Below the pieces are notes generated by a model. That model saw only the letters and a list, made by a program, of their open reading frames with translations. It did no database searches and was not told the DNA's origin. Source: a marine bacterium AO1-C (GTDB lineage Bacteria > Bacteroidota > Bacteroidia > Cytophagales > Microscillaceae). From it: 14,296 bases of DNA. The stretch is from assembly GCA_001890965.1 (NCBI GenBank), contig MLAY01000008.1, positions 616,341 through 630,636 on the forward strand, read 5' to 3'. Below are positions 1 through 8,299 of this stretch, one piece after another (positions within the stretch are counted from its first letter, which is position 1; each line of letters begins with the position of its first letter). Both the position numbers and the translations under genes were made by a program.

Positions 1-2
1 AC

Positions 3-1931
3 TTTAATATTAGCCATTTCAAATTTAAGAATATTGGCAAGATTCCCTATTATCGGAATCTAGAAAAGTACAATAAAATCAAGAAGTACTACAAAAGAAA
101 AAATTGGCGTCGTATGTACAGTGAGCTCAAAGCATATGTGCTGGAGTTTGGCGTACAGAATTTTTATAAAGATACCTACCTTTTGTGGAGGTTGGGCAAA
201 CTCTCTGAGCAATTGGGGTATATAGAAGAAGCCAAAAGTTTGTATCGTTTGGTGCTAAAACACCACCACAATGCCCGTAAAAAGGAAATTAGGCTTTATT
301 ATGACGAGCTAACTAAGCTTGATAAGGATTATTACTTACCCATTGAATATTATAAAAACCTGGTAGGTATGCCTAATAAATTTGTAGATACCATGGATGT
401 GGCTGAGGCCAATACTACCAAAATGAATGATAGTATTAACTCTCCATTTAGCGACTATGGTCCAAGTATTTCCAAGTTAGGCATTAAGTCTATGCTGGTG
501 TTTACCTCCAAGCGTAAACGTAAAGAAACCTCAGCAGGTAATGTTACTTTCGATGAGGATTTATACTTCTCTGTAAGAGCCGATTCATTTTATATCAATA
601 AAGCCAGTGGAGCTATTGATACCATCCCCTGGACGCTTGCCCGTCCTCTGAAAGGCATCAATACCGATGATTACAATGAAGGCTCTGCAATAGTTACCCC
701 AGATGGTAAAACTATATTCTTTGTGCGTTGCGAAAGCCCCGATGGTTATGGCAATTGCGACATATTTACGGCCGAGAAAATGTCGGATGGCACCTATGGT
801 AATGTCCAAAACCTTGGCCCTCAGGTAAATAGTATCAGTTGGGACTCCCATCCCTCGTTATCCCATTCAGGCGACACCCTGTTCTTTGCCTCAGATCGTA
901 TTGGGGGCTTTGGGCTATCGGACATTTACTTTACCTATAAAATGGGCGATGGAAGCTGGGCTCCGGCCCAAAATATGGGGCCTGATATAAACACTCGTCA
1001 AAGTGAAATCAGTCCATTTTATCATCCAACCTTCGAGATTTTGTATTTCAGTTCCAATGGGCACTTAGTCAACTTTGGCAACTTTGATATTTACAAAACT
1101 TATAAAATGTACAATACCTGGACCGAACCACGCAACGTAGGCCCTCTGATCAACCATGATCAGAATGAATATTACTTTGCGATTGATCCCAAATCGGCGT
1201 TTATGTTTTTCGCCAAAGCAGATACTATTCTGCGTTGGAATCATGTCAAACGGGATTCGGTCAAGACAGAGGATTTAAATATTCATTCCTATCCCTTGCC
1301 CATGGAGGCTCATCCCAATGCCACCGTGCGGTTTTCGGGAAGCATCAAAGATTCTATTTCAGGAAGAGCATTTTCGGGTATTGTATCTATCATTGATCTG
1401 GATAATGGAATCGAAATTGCACCCAAGCGACTGCGTCCAGATGGTTCTTATGACTTCGAGCTGATCAAGAATAACAATTATCTGGTCGTCATCACGGGAG
1501 AAGATTTTTATAGGATAGAAAAAGAGTTCTTGCTAAGGGGAGATACGGCCATTAATATATCGACACCTTCGCTGAAGTTCAAAAAATGGGAGTTTTCATC
1601 AATCGAGTTTAAGCAAAACGAAGCGAAAGTTACTCCTGAGATGGAAGCCGACCTGGATAAGCTGGTCATTTTACTGGCTGACCACCCCAAACTGGGATTA
1701 AAAATATCTGGGCACACTGATTCTTCAGGAGACCATGATTCTAACCTGAAGCTTTCACAAGATCGTGCCGATGCCATTAAAAAGTATATAGTCGACAAGG
1801 GGAAATTCGATCCCAAACGAGTCACCGCGATAGGCTATGGGGATACTGTGCCTATTATAAAAAATGAAAAGACCGAAGAGGACAAAAAGGTCAACCGTCG
1901 AGTCGAATTTGAGATTGTGACGATTGAATGA
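3..1931 (+). CDS. OmpA-family protein (TPR-like N-terminus, TolB/PD40-type beta-propeller repeats, C-terminal OmpA/MotB peptidoglycan-binding domain). It is 5'-partial: the frame stays open to the window edge upstream of Met114.
   Basis: The 605-aa ORF (114..1931) has no in-frame stop back to position 3, and the upstream residues (…FKFKNIGKIPYYRNLEKYNKIKKYY…) continue the TPR-like helix pattern. Repeated PD40 motifs are present (SPDG…DIF, GDTLFFASDR…SDIYF, FDIYKT). The C-terminal OmpA signature is present: ISGHTDSSGDHDSNLKLSQDRADAIKKYIV…NRRVEFEIV. Confidence 0.8.
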   Translation, partial: FNISHFKFKNIGKIPYYRNLEKYNKIKKYYKRKNWRRMYSELKAYVLEFGVQNFYKDTYLLWRLGKLSEQLGYIEEAKSLYRLVLKHHHNARKKEIRLYYDELTKLDKDYYLPIEYYKNLVGMPNKFVDTMDVAEANTTKMNDSINSPFSDYGPSISKLGIKSMLVFTSKRKRKETSAGNVTFDEDLYFSVRADSFYINKASGAIDTIPWTLARPLKGINTDDYNEGSAIVTPDGKTIFFVRCESPDGYGNCDIFTAEKMSDGTYGNVQNLGPQVNSISWDSHPSLSHSGDTLFFASDRIGGFGLSDIYFTYKMGDGSWAPAQNMGPDINTRQSEISPFYHPTFEILYFSSNGHLVNFGNFDIYKTYKMYNTWTEPRNVGPLINHDQNEYYFAIDPKSAFMFFAKADTILRWNHVKRDSVKTEDLNIHSYPLPMEAHPNATVRFSGSIKDSISGRAFSGIVSIIDLDNGIEIAPKRLRPDGSYDFELIKNNNYLVVITGEDFYRIEKEFLLRGDTAINISTPSLKFKKWEFSSIEFKQNEAKVTPEMEADLDKLVILLADHPKLGLKISGHTDSSGDHDSNLKLSQDRADAIKKYIVDKGKFDPKRVTAIGYGDTVPIIKNEKTEEDKKVNRRVEFEIVTIE

Positions 1932-1953
1932 CCCTGATTTTATAAAGAAATTT

Positions 1954-1989
1954 GAAGCCTGACTGCTGGATAGTAGTTGGGCTTTTTTT
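1954..1989 (+). terminator. Putative rho-independent terminator of the OmpA-family gene
   Basis: The arm AAGCC(T) at about 1955-1960 pairs with (G)GGCTT at about 1979-1984. A T7 run follows at 1983-1989, 20-55 nt downstream of the stop codon. The stem is short and the loop long, so this is a weak call. Confidence 0.4.
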
Positions 1990-2000
1990 GTAAGTTTTCT

Positions 2001-2262
2001 ATGAATGAAAGATCATAATTATTTTATCTATATCAGCACCAACCCTAAAAGAACAGTTCTTTATACAGGAATAACCAATGATTTATACAATCGCTTAGAA
2101 CAGCACTATTGCAATAGAGGTCAGATACTTTTGCGGGTAGATATTATTGTATCTACTCGGAGCGTTTTCAGTATATGAGTGACGCTATAGACAGAGAAAA
2201 GGAAATTAAAGGGTGGAGTCTTGCCAAAAAATAAAGTACTCATCAATGAATTTAACCCATAA
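2001..2262 (+). pseudogene. Decayed GIY-YIG nuclease-family gene (short COG2827-type selfish nuclease), disrupted by multiple frameshifts and stops
   Basis: ATG-AAT-GAA-AGA-TCA (MNERS) at 2001 is followed immediately by TAA. In the +1 frame (from 2020) the sequence reads YFIYISTNPKRTVLYTGITNDLYNRLEQHYCNRGQ, which is the GIY-YIG N-terminal half-motif. A third frame (from about 2130) reads FAGRYYCIYSERFQYMSDAIDREKEIKGWSLAKK*, the conserved 'REKQIKGW' C-terminal motif. After another shift it reads KVLINEFNP*. The family's diagnostic motifs are therefore all present but spread over three frames with three or more disruptions. Confidence 0.55.
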
Positions 2263-2427
2263 TGGATATTTTTGAATAATGAGATTTAACTTTTTGGCAT
2301 TTAGAACGCAGTGAAGAACCTGGTTGGAATTGTATGAACCTGAATGCAACTGTGAGTGGATTATACACTGCAAACTAGATAACAAAGGGGTACAAAAAAA
2401 GCCAACCTTTTCAGATCAGCTTTCTTT

Positions 2428-4653
2428 TTAGAGAAGCTCGTCTTCGTCGTAGACTTTGAGTAAATCCATTGTGCGTCTTTCGAGGTCGGTAGATTTTACT
2501 CGCACCTTTAAAGTATCGCCAAAGGTGATTACGTTTTTGGTTTTCTTACCTACTACTCGGTAATTTTCTTCATCAAGTTGGTAAAAATCATCTACCAAAT
2601 CACTCATCCGAATCATACCTTCGCACTTGGTTTCTTCCAATTCTACGTAAATACCCCAATCAGTTACTCCGGTTACTACCCCATCATATGCCTTATCAGA
2701 GTCATTGAGAATACGCATATATTCTACCTGCTTATATTTAATAGAAGCTCGTTCTGCTTCCGCAGCACGTTTTTCCATATCGGTAGAATGTTTACATAGC
2801 TTCTCAAAAGTACCTTTGTCTACTGATTTGCCATTGTCTAGATAATGCTGCAACAAGCGATGCACCATCATATCTGGATAACGACGAATCGGTGAGGTAA
2901 AGTGGGTGTAATGATCAAAGGCTAACCCAAAGTGCCCGGTAGGCTCTGTGGTGTAAATCGCTTTGGCCATTGTACGAATTGCCAACCCTTGCAATACGTG
3001 TTGCTGAGGAGTATTTTCAATGGCTACCATCAACTTGTTCAAAGAACTCGTCATTGCTTTGCCGTTGAGTTTTACATCGTGCCCTAGCTTTTTAGCAAAA
3101 CCTGAGAAGTTTTTCAACTTATCTACATCTGGATTATCATGGGTACGATATACCATTGTATTGCTTTCAGCTTTAGCACCTTTCACTGGCATTTTGTAAA
3201 TAAACTCAGCCACTTTTCGGTTGGCCAGCAACATAAATTCCTCGATCAATTTATGGGCATCTTTACGCTCTTTGGTAAATAAACCAATAGGTGTTCCGTT
3301 TTCGTCTAGCTTAAACTTAACTTCTACAGTTTCGAAACTCATCGCCCCTTTTTCAAAGCGTTGAGCAGTTAACTTTTTAGCCAAATCATTGAGCAACTGC
3401 AGTTCTGCAGCAAAATCTCCTTCGCCACTATCAATTCCTTCCTGTGCTTCTTCGTAAGTAAAACGTCGGTCAGAATGAATGATCGTACGCCCAAACCACT
3501 CGCTATGCACATTGGCTTGCTCGTCCAGCTCAAAAACTGCCGAGAAAGTCAATTTATCCTCATGGGGTCGCAAAGAACACAACTCATTGGAAAGTTTCTC
3601 AGGCAACATAGGTATTACCCGGTCTACCAAATATACCGAAGTAGCTCTTTCGGCTCCTTCTTTTTCTACTTTTGAATCAGGTTTTACGTAGTGGGTTACA
3701 TCGGCAATGTGGATGCCTACTTCCCAGTTACCATTGTCTAACTTCTTGATAGACAAGGCATCATCAAAATCCTTGGCAGTATCAGGGTCTATGGTAAACG
3801 TAGTAATCTCTCGGAAATCACGTCGTTTCTTAATCTCAGCCTTGGTAATTCTGCCGCGAATTTTATCCGCATCTGTTATCACCTCCTTTGGAAAATGGCG
3901 GGCCAACCCAAACTCAGCCATGATGGCATGCATTTCGGTCTCGTTTACTCCTGGTGCTCCCAACACTTCTTTCACCTGCGCTACCGGACTACTCTTTTCA
4001 TCGTGCCATTCCAGAATTTCTACAATCACTTTGTCTCCATTTTTCGCACCGTTGATGTGTTTTTGGGGCACAAAAATATCCATATGCATACGGCGATTAT
4101 CGGCCACTACAAATGCATACTTTTCTTTGATTTCTATTTTACCAACAAATTCATTGGTTTTACGCTCCAACACTTCCAGTACTTCACCTTCTGGACGCTT
4201 ACCCTTTGCTTTAGGGTACAAACGGGCTTTTACCGTATCGCCATGCAAGGCAAATTTCAAATGATCGGCATCTACCCAAGTATCTTCTTCGGTTTCGTCG
4301 CTCACAATAAAAGCAAAACGAGGATTTACAAAATCCACCGTACCTTTAATGATATGCAACAAGATTCGCACGTTACCTTCCTGGTCTACTAAAACCTGAT
4401 CACTTTCTGCTAGTTTCTCAAGTGCATCAATCACCTTCACTTTATTTTTCTCAGTTCTAACCTGTAGAATGTCAATTAGTTCTTCAATTGCAAATTGTCG
4501 TTCTGCATTTTTATTTAGAATGGCAAAAATTTTAGATTGGAAATGTTGAACGGTGAGGGTAGTTTTTTTGCTTTTCTTTTGTCTTCTTTTGTTAAACTGC
4601 TTTTTTGTAAGTTTCTTCTTTTTCGTCTTCTGCGTTTTCATGTTCTGTTTCAT
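2428..4653 (-). CDS. rnr: Ribonuclease R (3'-5' exoribonuclease, RNB family)
   Basis: 741 aa. It has OB/cold-shock-like N-terminal domains, a central RNB catalytic domain (…TIDPDTAKDFDDALS…, …HFTSPIRRYPDMMVHRLL…) and a C-terminal S1 domain (…DGVVTGVTDWGIYVELEETKCEGMIRMSDL…). The N-terminal tail is lysine/arginine-rich and low-complexity. It starts at an ATG and stops at TAA (2428-2430). Confidence 0.9.
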   Translation of the reverse strand: MKQNMKTQKTKKKKLTKKQFNKRRQKKSKKTTLTVQHFQSKIFAILNKNAERQFAIEELIDILQVRTEKNKVKVIDALEKLAESDQVLVDQEGNVRILLHIIKGTVDFVNPRFAFIVSDETEEDTWVDADHLKFALHGDTVKARLYPKAKGKRPEGEVLEVLERKTNEFVGKIEIKEKYAFVVADNRRMHMDIFVPQKHINGAKNGDKVIVEILEWHDEKSSPVAQVKEVLGAPGVNETEMHAIMAEFGLARHFPKEVITDADKIRGRITKAEIKKRRDFREITTFTIDPDTAKDFDDALSIKKLDNGNWEVGIHIADVTHYVKPDSKVEKEGAERATSVYLVDRVIPMLPEKLSNELCSLRPHEDKLTFSAVFELDEQANVHSEWFGRTIIHSDRRFTYEEAQEGIDSGEGDFAAELQLLNDLAKKLTAQRFEKGAMSFETVEVKFKLDENGTPIGLFTKERKDAHKLIEEFMLLANRKVAEFIYKMPVKGAKAESNTMVYRTHDNPDVDKLKNFSGFAKKLGHDVKLNGKAMTSSLNKLMVAIENTPQQHVLQGLAIRTMAKAIYTTEPTGHFGLAFDHYTHFTSPIRRYPDMMVHRLLQHYLDNGKSVDKGTFEKLCKHSTDMEKRAAEAERASIKYKQVEYMRILNDSDKAYDGVVTGVTDWGIYVELEETKCEGMIRMSDLVDDFYQLDEENYRVVGKKTKNVITFGDTLKVRVKSTDLERRTMDLLKVYDEDELL

Positions 4654-4970
4654 CTTTTTTCATTTTAATAGGTTGATTGATAATTGAATTGGATGGGAAA
4701 ATGGTAATTGAAAATTGAATTTTTAATAGGATAAGTATACAACTTACCTTGTATATAGGAGGGGCGCTTATGATGCAAAGTAACGTAATTTATTTTATTA
4801 AAGTTGACTATTTTCAATATAAATGTAGTTTTCCAATTAAAAAACTGAATTTTAATATCACTTTTTGTAGTTAAGATGTGTATTTTTTGATAGAATCTAA
4901 ATTCACTCTTTTCGAAAAGAGATATAATTATTTAAAGGATTGTGCAAAAACCTTACTACGAATTTATTTG

Positions 4971-6830
4971 CTATGAGGCCAAATTGTTATTTTTTTTCTC
5001 CTTGCTCAATCTTCTTCTCAATTGTGCTTTACGGATGTCTTCCAGTGTACCTTTTGGAATAGCCTCAATCAGTCGTTTCGTGTATTCTTCCTGAGGCTTT
5101 TCATAAATTCTATCGGCATAATCGCTTTCTACGATTTTGCCTTGGTTCAACACAATCAGGCGATCTGACATAAATTTTACAACTGATAAGTCGTGTGAAA
5201 TGAATATATAAGTCAGATTAAATTTTTCTTTAAGTTCGTTGAGCAAGTTGAGCACCTGGGCTTGAACCGATACATCTAGTGCTGAGACAGACTCGTCACA
5301 AATAATAAACTTAGGATTCAAGCTCAAGGTACGGGCAATGACAATACGTTGACGTTGTCCTCCAGAAAACTCATGAGGATAACGACTGTAATGCTCTGGT
5401 TTTAGACTCACCGTTTCCAATAATTCAATCACCCGATCTTTGCGTTGCTTATTGTTTTTTAAAACACCGTGCAAACGCATAGGCTCTAAAATCGCCTCAC
5501 CGATAGTTAAACGTGGATTGAGTGACGAATAAGGGTCCTGAAAAATGATTTGCATGTCACGGCGTAACTTGCGCAGTTTTTTGCCTTTAAAATCATTGAT
5601 TCGCTCCTTTTCAAACACGATAGATCCACCTGTAGGCTCAATTAGGCGCATAATCGCTCGACCCAATGTCGTTTTTCCTGAGCCAGATTCTCCTACCAAC
5701 CCTATGGTTTCGCCTGGATATACCTTAAAACTCACATTGTCTACCGCCTTGATAGGTGCAGGACGTTTTTGAAACAAACCTTTACGGATAGGGAAATATT
5801 TCTTTAGGTTTTTGACCTGCAAAATAGGAGGTCGTTCGGCCAGCATTTTATTCCGCTCTTCTACCTCATCTTCAGTGACAAAGTTCATCAAGAGTGCCTC
5901 CCCTACCGAAGCATATTTGTTGTCTGCTTTCTCTACAATCGAATCATCTTCGGTCACCTCCATAAAGTCATCAATCGTTGGGAGTACTCGCATCTGTACG
6001 TCTAAACGAGGACGACAAGCCAACAATCCTTTAGTATAAGGGTGCTGAGGATTGTCAAAAATATTCCACACATCATCTTTTTCCATCATTCGTCCGTGGT
6101 ACATCACCATTACATCATCAGCGATTTCGGCAATGACTCCAAGATCGTGGGTAATAAAAATGATAGAAACATCCTTGTCTTCATGAAGAATCTGCAACAA
6201 CTCTAAGATAGCAGCTTGTACTGTTACATCCAATGCCGTGGTAGGCTCATCAGCAATCAGTAATCGAGGATTACAAGATAATGCCATGGCAATCATTACC
6301 CGCTGTTTTTGCCCTCCAGAAATTTCGTGAGGATAAGCATCAAACATTTTTTCAGGTCGAGGCAAACGTACTTTTTTGAAGAGTTCAATGGTTTTGTCGT
6401 AGGCTTGCTTTTTAGTCACGTTTTCGTGCAGAAGAATAGCCTCCATCACTTGGTTGCCACAAGTATAAACCGGGTTGAGCGAGGTCATAGGCTCTTGAAA
6501 GATCATTGCAATGTCTTTTCCACGAATCTCTCGCATCTCTTCCGGGGTGGCCTTTACTAAATCTAGTTTTTTGCCTAAGGTTGGAGAATCAAACCAAATT
6601 TCGCCTCCATTAATCTTCCCTACAGGCTCTTGAATAAGTCGCATAATGGCCAGAGAAGTTACTGACTTGCCCGAACCAGACTCTCCTACAATGCCTAATG
6701 TTCTCCCTTTCTCTATAGAAAAGCTCACATTATTCACTGCTTTTACTATTTGTTCTTCGGTGGTAAAGGTAACCTCCAGGTTGCGTACCTCAATAATTGT
6801 TTCCTGTTCTTCTTCTTGATGCAATGACAT
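4971..6830 (-). CDS. ABC transporter ATP-binding protein with two fused nucleotide-binding domains (DppD/DppF-like, YejF-type architecture)
   Basis: 619 aa. There are two Walker A motifs (GESGSGKSV and GESGSGKTT) and two ABC signatures (ISGGQKQR and FSGGQRQR). There are two Walker B/D-loops ([12 protein letters not shown] and [12 protein letters not shown]) and two H-loops (ITHD and ISHD). An oligopeptide-type C-terminal 'HPYT' motif ([11 protein letters not shown]) follows domain 1, with a variant after domain 2 ([10 protein letters not shown]). Confidence 0.88.
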   Translation of the reverse strand: MSLHQEEEQETIIEVRNLEVTFTTEEQIVKAVNNVSFSIEKGRTLGIVGESGSGKSVTSLAIMRLIQEPVGKINGGEIWFDSPTLGKKLDLVKATPEEMREIRGKDIAMIFQEPMTSLNPVYTCGNQVMEAILLHENVTKKQAYDKTIELFKKVRLPRPEKMFDAYPHEISGGQKQRVMIAMALSCNPRLLIADEPTTALDVTVQAAILELLQILHEDKDVSIIFITHDLGVIAEIADDVMVMYHGRMMEKDDVWNIFDNPQHPYTKGLLACRPRLDVQMRVLPTIDDFMEVTEDDSIVEKADNKYASVGEALLMNFVTEDEVEERNKMLAERPPILQVKNLKKYFPIRKGLFQKRPAPIKAVDNVSFKVYPGETIGLVGESGSGKTTLGRAIMRLIEPTGGSIVFEKERINDFKGKKLRKLRRDMQIIFQDPYSSLNPRLTIGEAILEPMRLHGVLKNNKQRKDRVIELLETVSLKPEHYSRYPHEFSGGQRQRIVIARTLSLNPKFIICDESVSALDVSVQAQVLNLLNELKEKFNLTYIFISHDLSVVKFMSDRLIVLNQGKIVESDYADRIYEKPQEEYTKRLIEAIPKGTLEDIRKAQLRRRLSKEKKNNNLAS

Positions 6831-6949
6831 ATCTTCCTAAATGTGAATACCCGCTCAAAACTAATGTTAGATGGTTTTATTATTCAATTGCTTCGTGATA
6901 CGTAATCCCTCAATTAAACAATAGAATATAACCTCAACTGCTTGATGTG

Positions 6950-7678
6950 TTAATCTACTCGATAGATGTGGTCATCTAAATTTATGGGTATTTGGTTTAA
7001 CTGCAAGAAAAGTTTAGCTAAAATTTCAATATCTCGCACACATCCTTGAACGATTCTTTCTAAGTCTTGTTCTTCGTGGTAAATTCGATTGACTTCATGT
7101 CCCTCTAATCGTTCTCCTGCATAGGGAATGTTCAATAATGTAGCCAGTAAAGATAAGGAAGTTTTGTGTTTTCGATCACCAAATTTCCACATTTCCAAGG
7201 TATCCAAATGAGGCACCTCCCAAGGCTTTTTGTATAAAAGGTTAAGGGTAAGTGGCAACTCAATGCCATGGATAACCATGCGCCGACACAAATAAGGGTA
7301 GTCAAACTCTTTTCCATTGTGCGCACATAGTACTACATTATTGAATTTGGTATCTACCAATGATTTAAACGAAAGCAGAATGTCTTTTTCATCTGGGCCA
7401 GTAATAGCTTTTACCCGCAATGCTGTTTTTTGAAACTCATCCAGGTAAAAATAGCCTACACCAATGGTAATCACCTTGCCAAACTCGGCCTGTAGGCTTG
7501 CCTGCTGCATGTAATGATCTTCTATGCTTAGGCTTTCATCGCGTTGATAGGAAAATTTTTTATCCCAAAACTTTTGTAAGTCAGGTGGTAAGTTTTGGTA
7601 ATTATCGCTTTGGGATACCGTTTTGATATCCACAAACAATATATTCTTTATTCTTTGATTGATATGATTATCCAGCAT
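6950..7678 (-). CDS. Predicted 3'-5' exonuclease homologue, RNase H-like fold related to the PolB exonuclease domain (COG3298/DNA_pol_B_exo2-like)
   Basis: 242 aa. The Exo I-like segment is NILFVDIKTVSQ. The Exo II-like segment is VLCAHNGKEFDYPYL (the N-x3-F-D-x-PYL pattern). The C-terminal segment is …RIVQGCVRDIEILAKLFL. Overall length and motif order fit the stand-alone PolB-like exonuclease family. The ORF runs from ATG to TAG (6950-6952). Confidence 0.6.
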   Translation of the reverse strand: MLDNHINQRIKNILFVDIKTVSQSDNYQNLPPDLQKFWDKKFSYQRDESLSIEDHYMQQASLQAEFGKVITIGVGYFYLDEFQKTALRVKAITGPDEKDILLSFKSLVDTKFNNVVLCAHNGKEFDYPYLCRRMVIHGIELPLTLNLLYKKPWEVPHLDTLEMWKFGDRKHKTSLSLLATLLNIPYAGERLEGHEVNRIYHEEQDLERIVQGCVRDIEILAKLFLQLNQIPINLDDHIYRVD

Positions 7679-7783
7679 TCGATTGTGATAGTATTAAGTA
7701 AGTGTTACGGGTACTTAGTTAGTGACAAGCTTTGAGCCACAAATAAGTGATTGTTGGTAGTGATATTGTAGAAATTCTTTAGT

Positions 7784-8188
7784 TTATCCGTGCAGGATTC
7801 CTTCCAACTCAAGTATAGCAATTTGGGTAAGGTTGGTATCTATGATGCTTTCTGGCATAAAAATAAATTTCTTATCATAGATTTTGCCTTCTACATAATA
7901 GCTTACCCAATATTCATTGGATAGATGAAATACCTGGGGATCAATGCGTTCGATCACGACAAAGCTTTGTTTTTCTACTTTGTCAATCATTTGTCTAATG
8001 GTAGAAGTTTTTTGAGACTCGCCATCTTTTTGCCCATACCCTTTAGAGGTAACCAGGATATTGTTGAGTTCAAAATCGTTACGATTGATCAAGTATACGT
8101 GCCAGTCATACTCCTCATTGGCCACTGGCTTGCGTGCAATGGCTACTTCTACGCCTTCTACTTTGGGGAATTCAATGTCTTTTTTCAT
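7784..8188 (-). CDS. Hypothetical protein (134 aa from ATG 8188; the 6-frame ORF extends to a TTG at 8218)
   Basis: The ORF is uninterrupted and sits in the same orientation as its neighbours, 105 bp upstream of the exonuclease homologue. Its codon composition matches the flanking genes. I recognise no domain in it (MKKDIEFPKVEGVEVAIARKPVANEEYDWHVYLINRNDFELNNILVTSKGYGQK…). Confidence 0.5.
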   Translation of the reverse strand: MKKDIEFPKVEGVEVAIARKPVANEEYDWHVYLINRNDFELNNILVTSKGYGQKDGESQKTSTIRQMIDKVEKQSFVVIERIDPQVFHLSNEYWVSYYVEGKIYDKKFIFMPESIIDTNLTQIAILELEGILHG

Positions 8189-8299
8189 AGTATATATTAT
8201 AGTGTGGGATTTTAGCAAATAGTAAGCAGTAAGTAATAAACCACAGATTGTTGATCGAAGAGAAACAAATGTAGTTTAAAACTCACCGCTTATGATGCT

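Noticed and set aside
585-851. Antisense and out-of-frame small ORFs fully contained within larger genes: 585..851(-), 1508..1825(-), 2578..2799(+), 3475..3691(+), 3707..4264(+), 3895..4392(+), 5545..5772(+), 5812..6039(+), 6309..6560(+), 7132..7326(-), 7925..8215(+), 8442..8633(+), 9156..9371(-), 9691..9927(+), 10773..11516(-)
   Set aside because: Each lies entirely within, or overlaps, a long well-supported CDS on the opposite strand or in another frame. Their translations are low-complexity or hydrophobic artefacts of the GC-poor sense frame. There is no independent support for any of them.
2380-2427. Possible intrinsic terminator downstream of rnr on the minus strand (GAAAGC…GCUUUUUUU)
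   Set aside because: The stem is only 5-6 bp with a 16-nt loop. It is too weak to call, and the U-run could be coincidental in AT-rich DNA.
4654-4970. Explicit -33/-7 promoter assignment for rnr (e.g. CAAAGTAA at 4776-4783, a one-mismatch reverse complement of TAnnTTTG)
   Set aside because: It is an imperfect match lying about 120 bp upstream of the start codon, and several comparable near-matches exist in this AT-rich region. The call cannot be made from sequence alone.
7612-7622. DnaA-box-like 9-mer (ATATCCACA, 8/9 match to TTATCCACA)
   Set aside because: It is a single occurrence inside the exonuclease-homologue coding sequence. There is no cluster, no adjacent AT-rich unwinding element and no dnaA or dnaN. 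It is not an origin.
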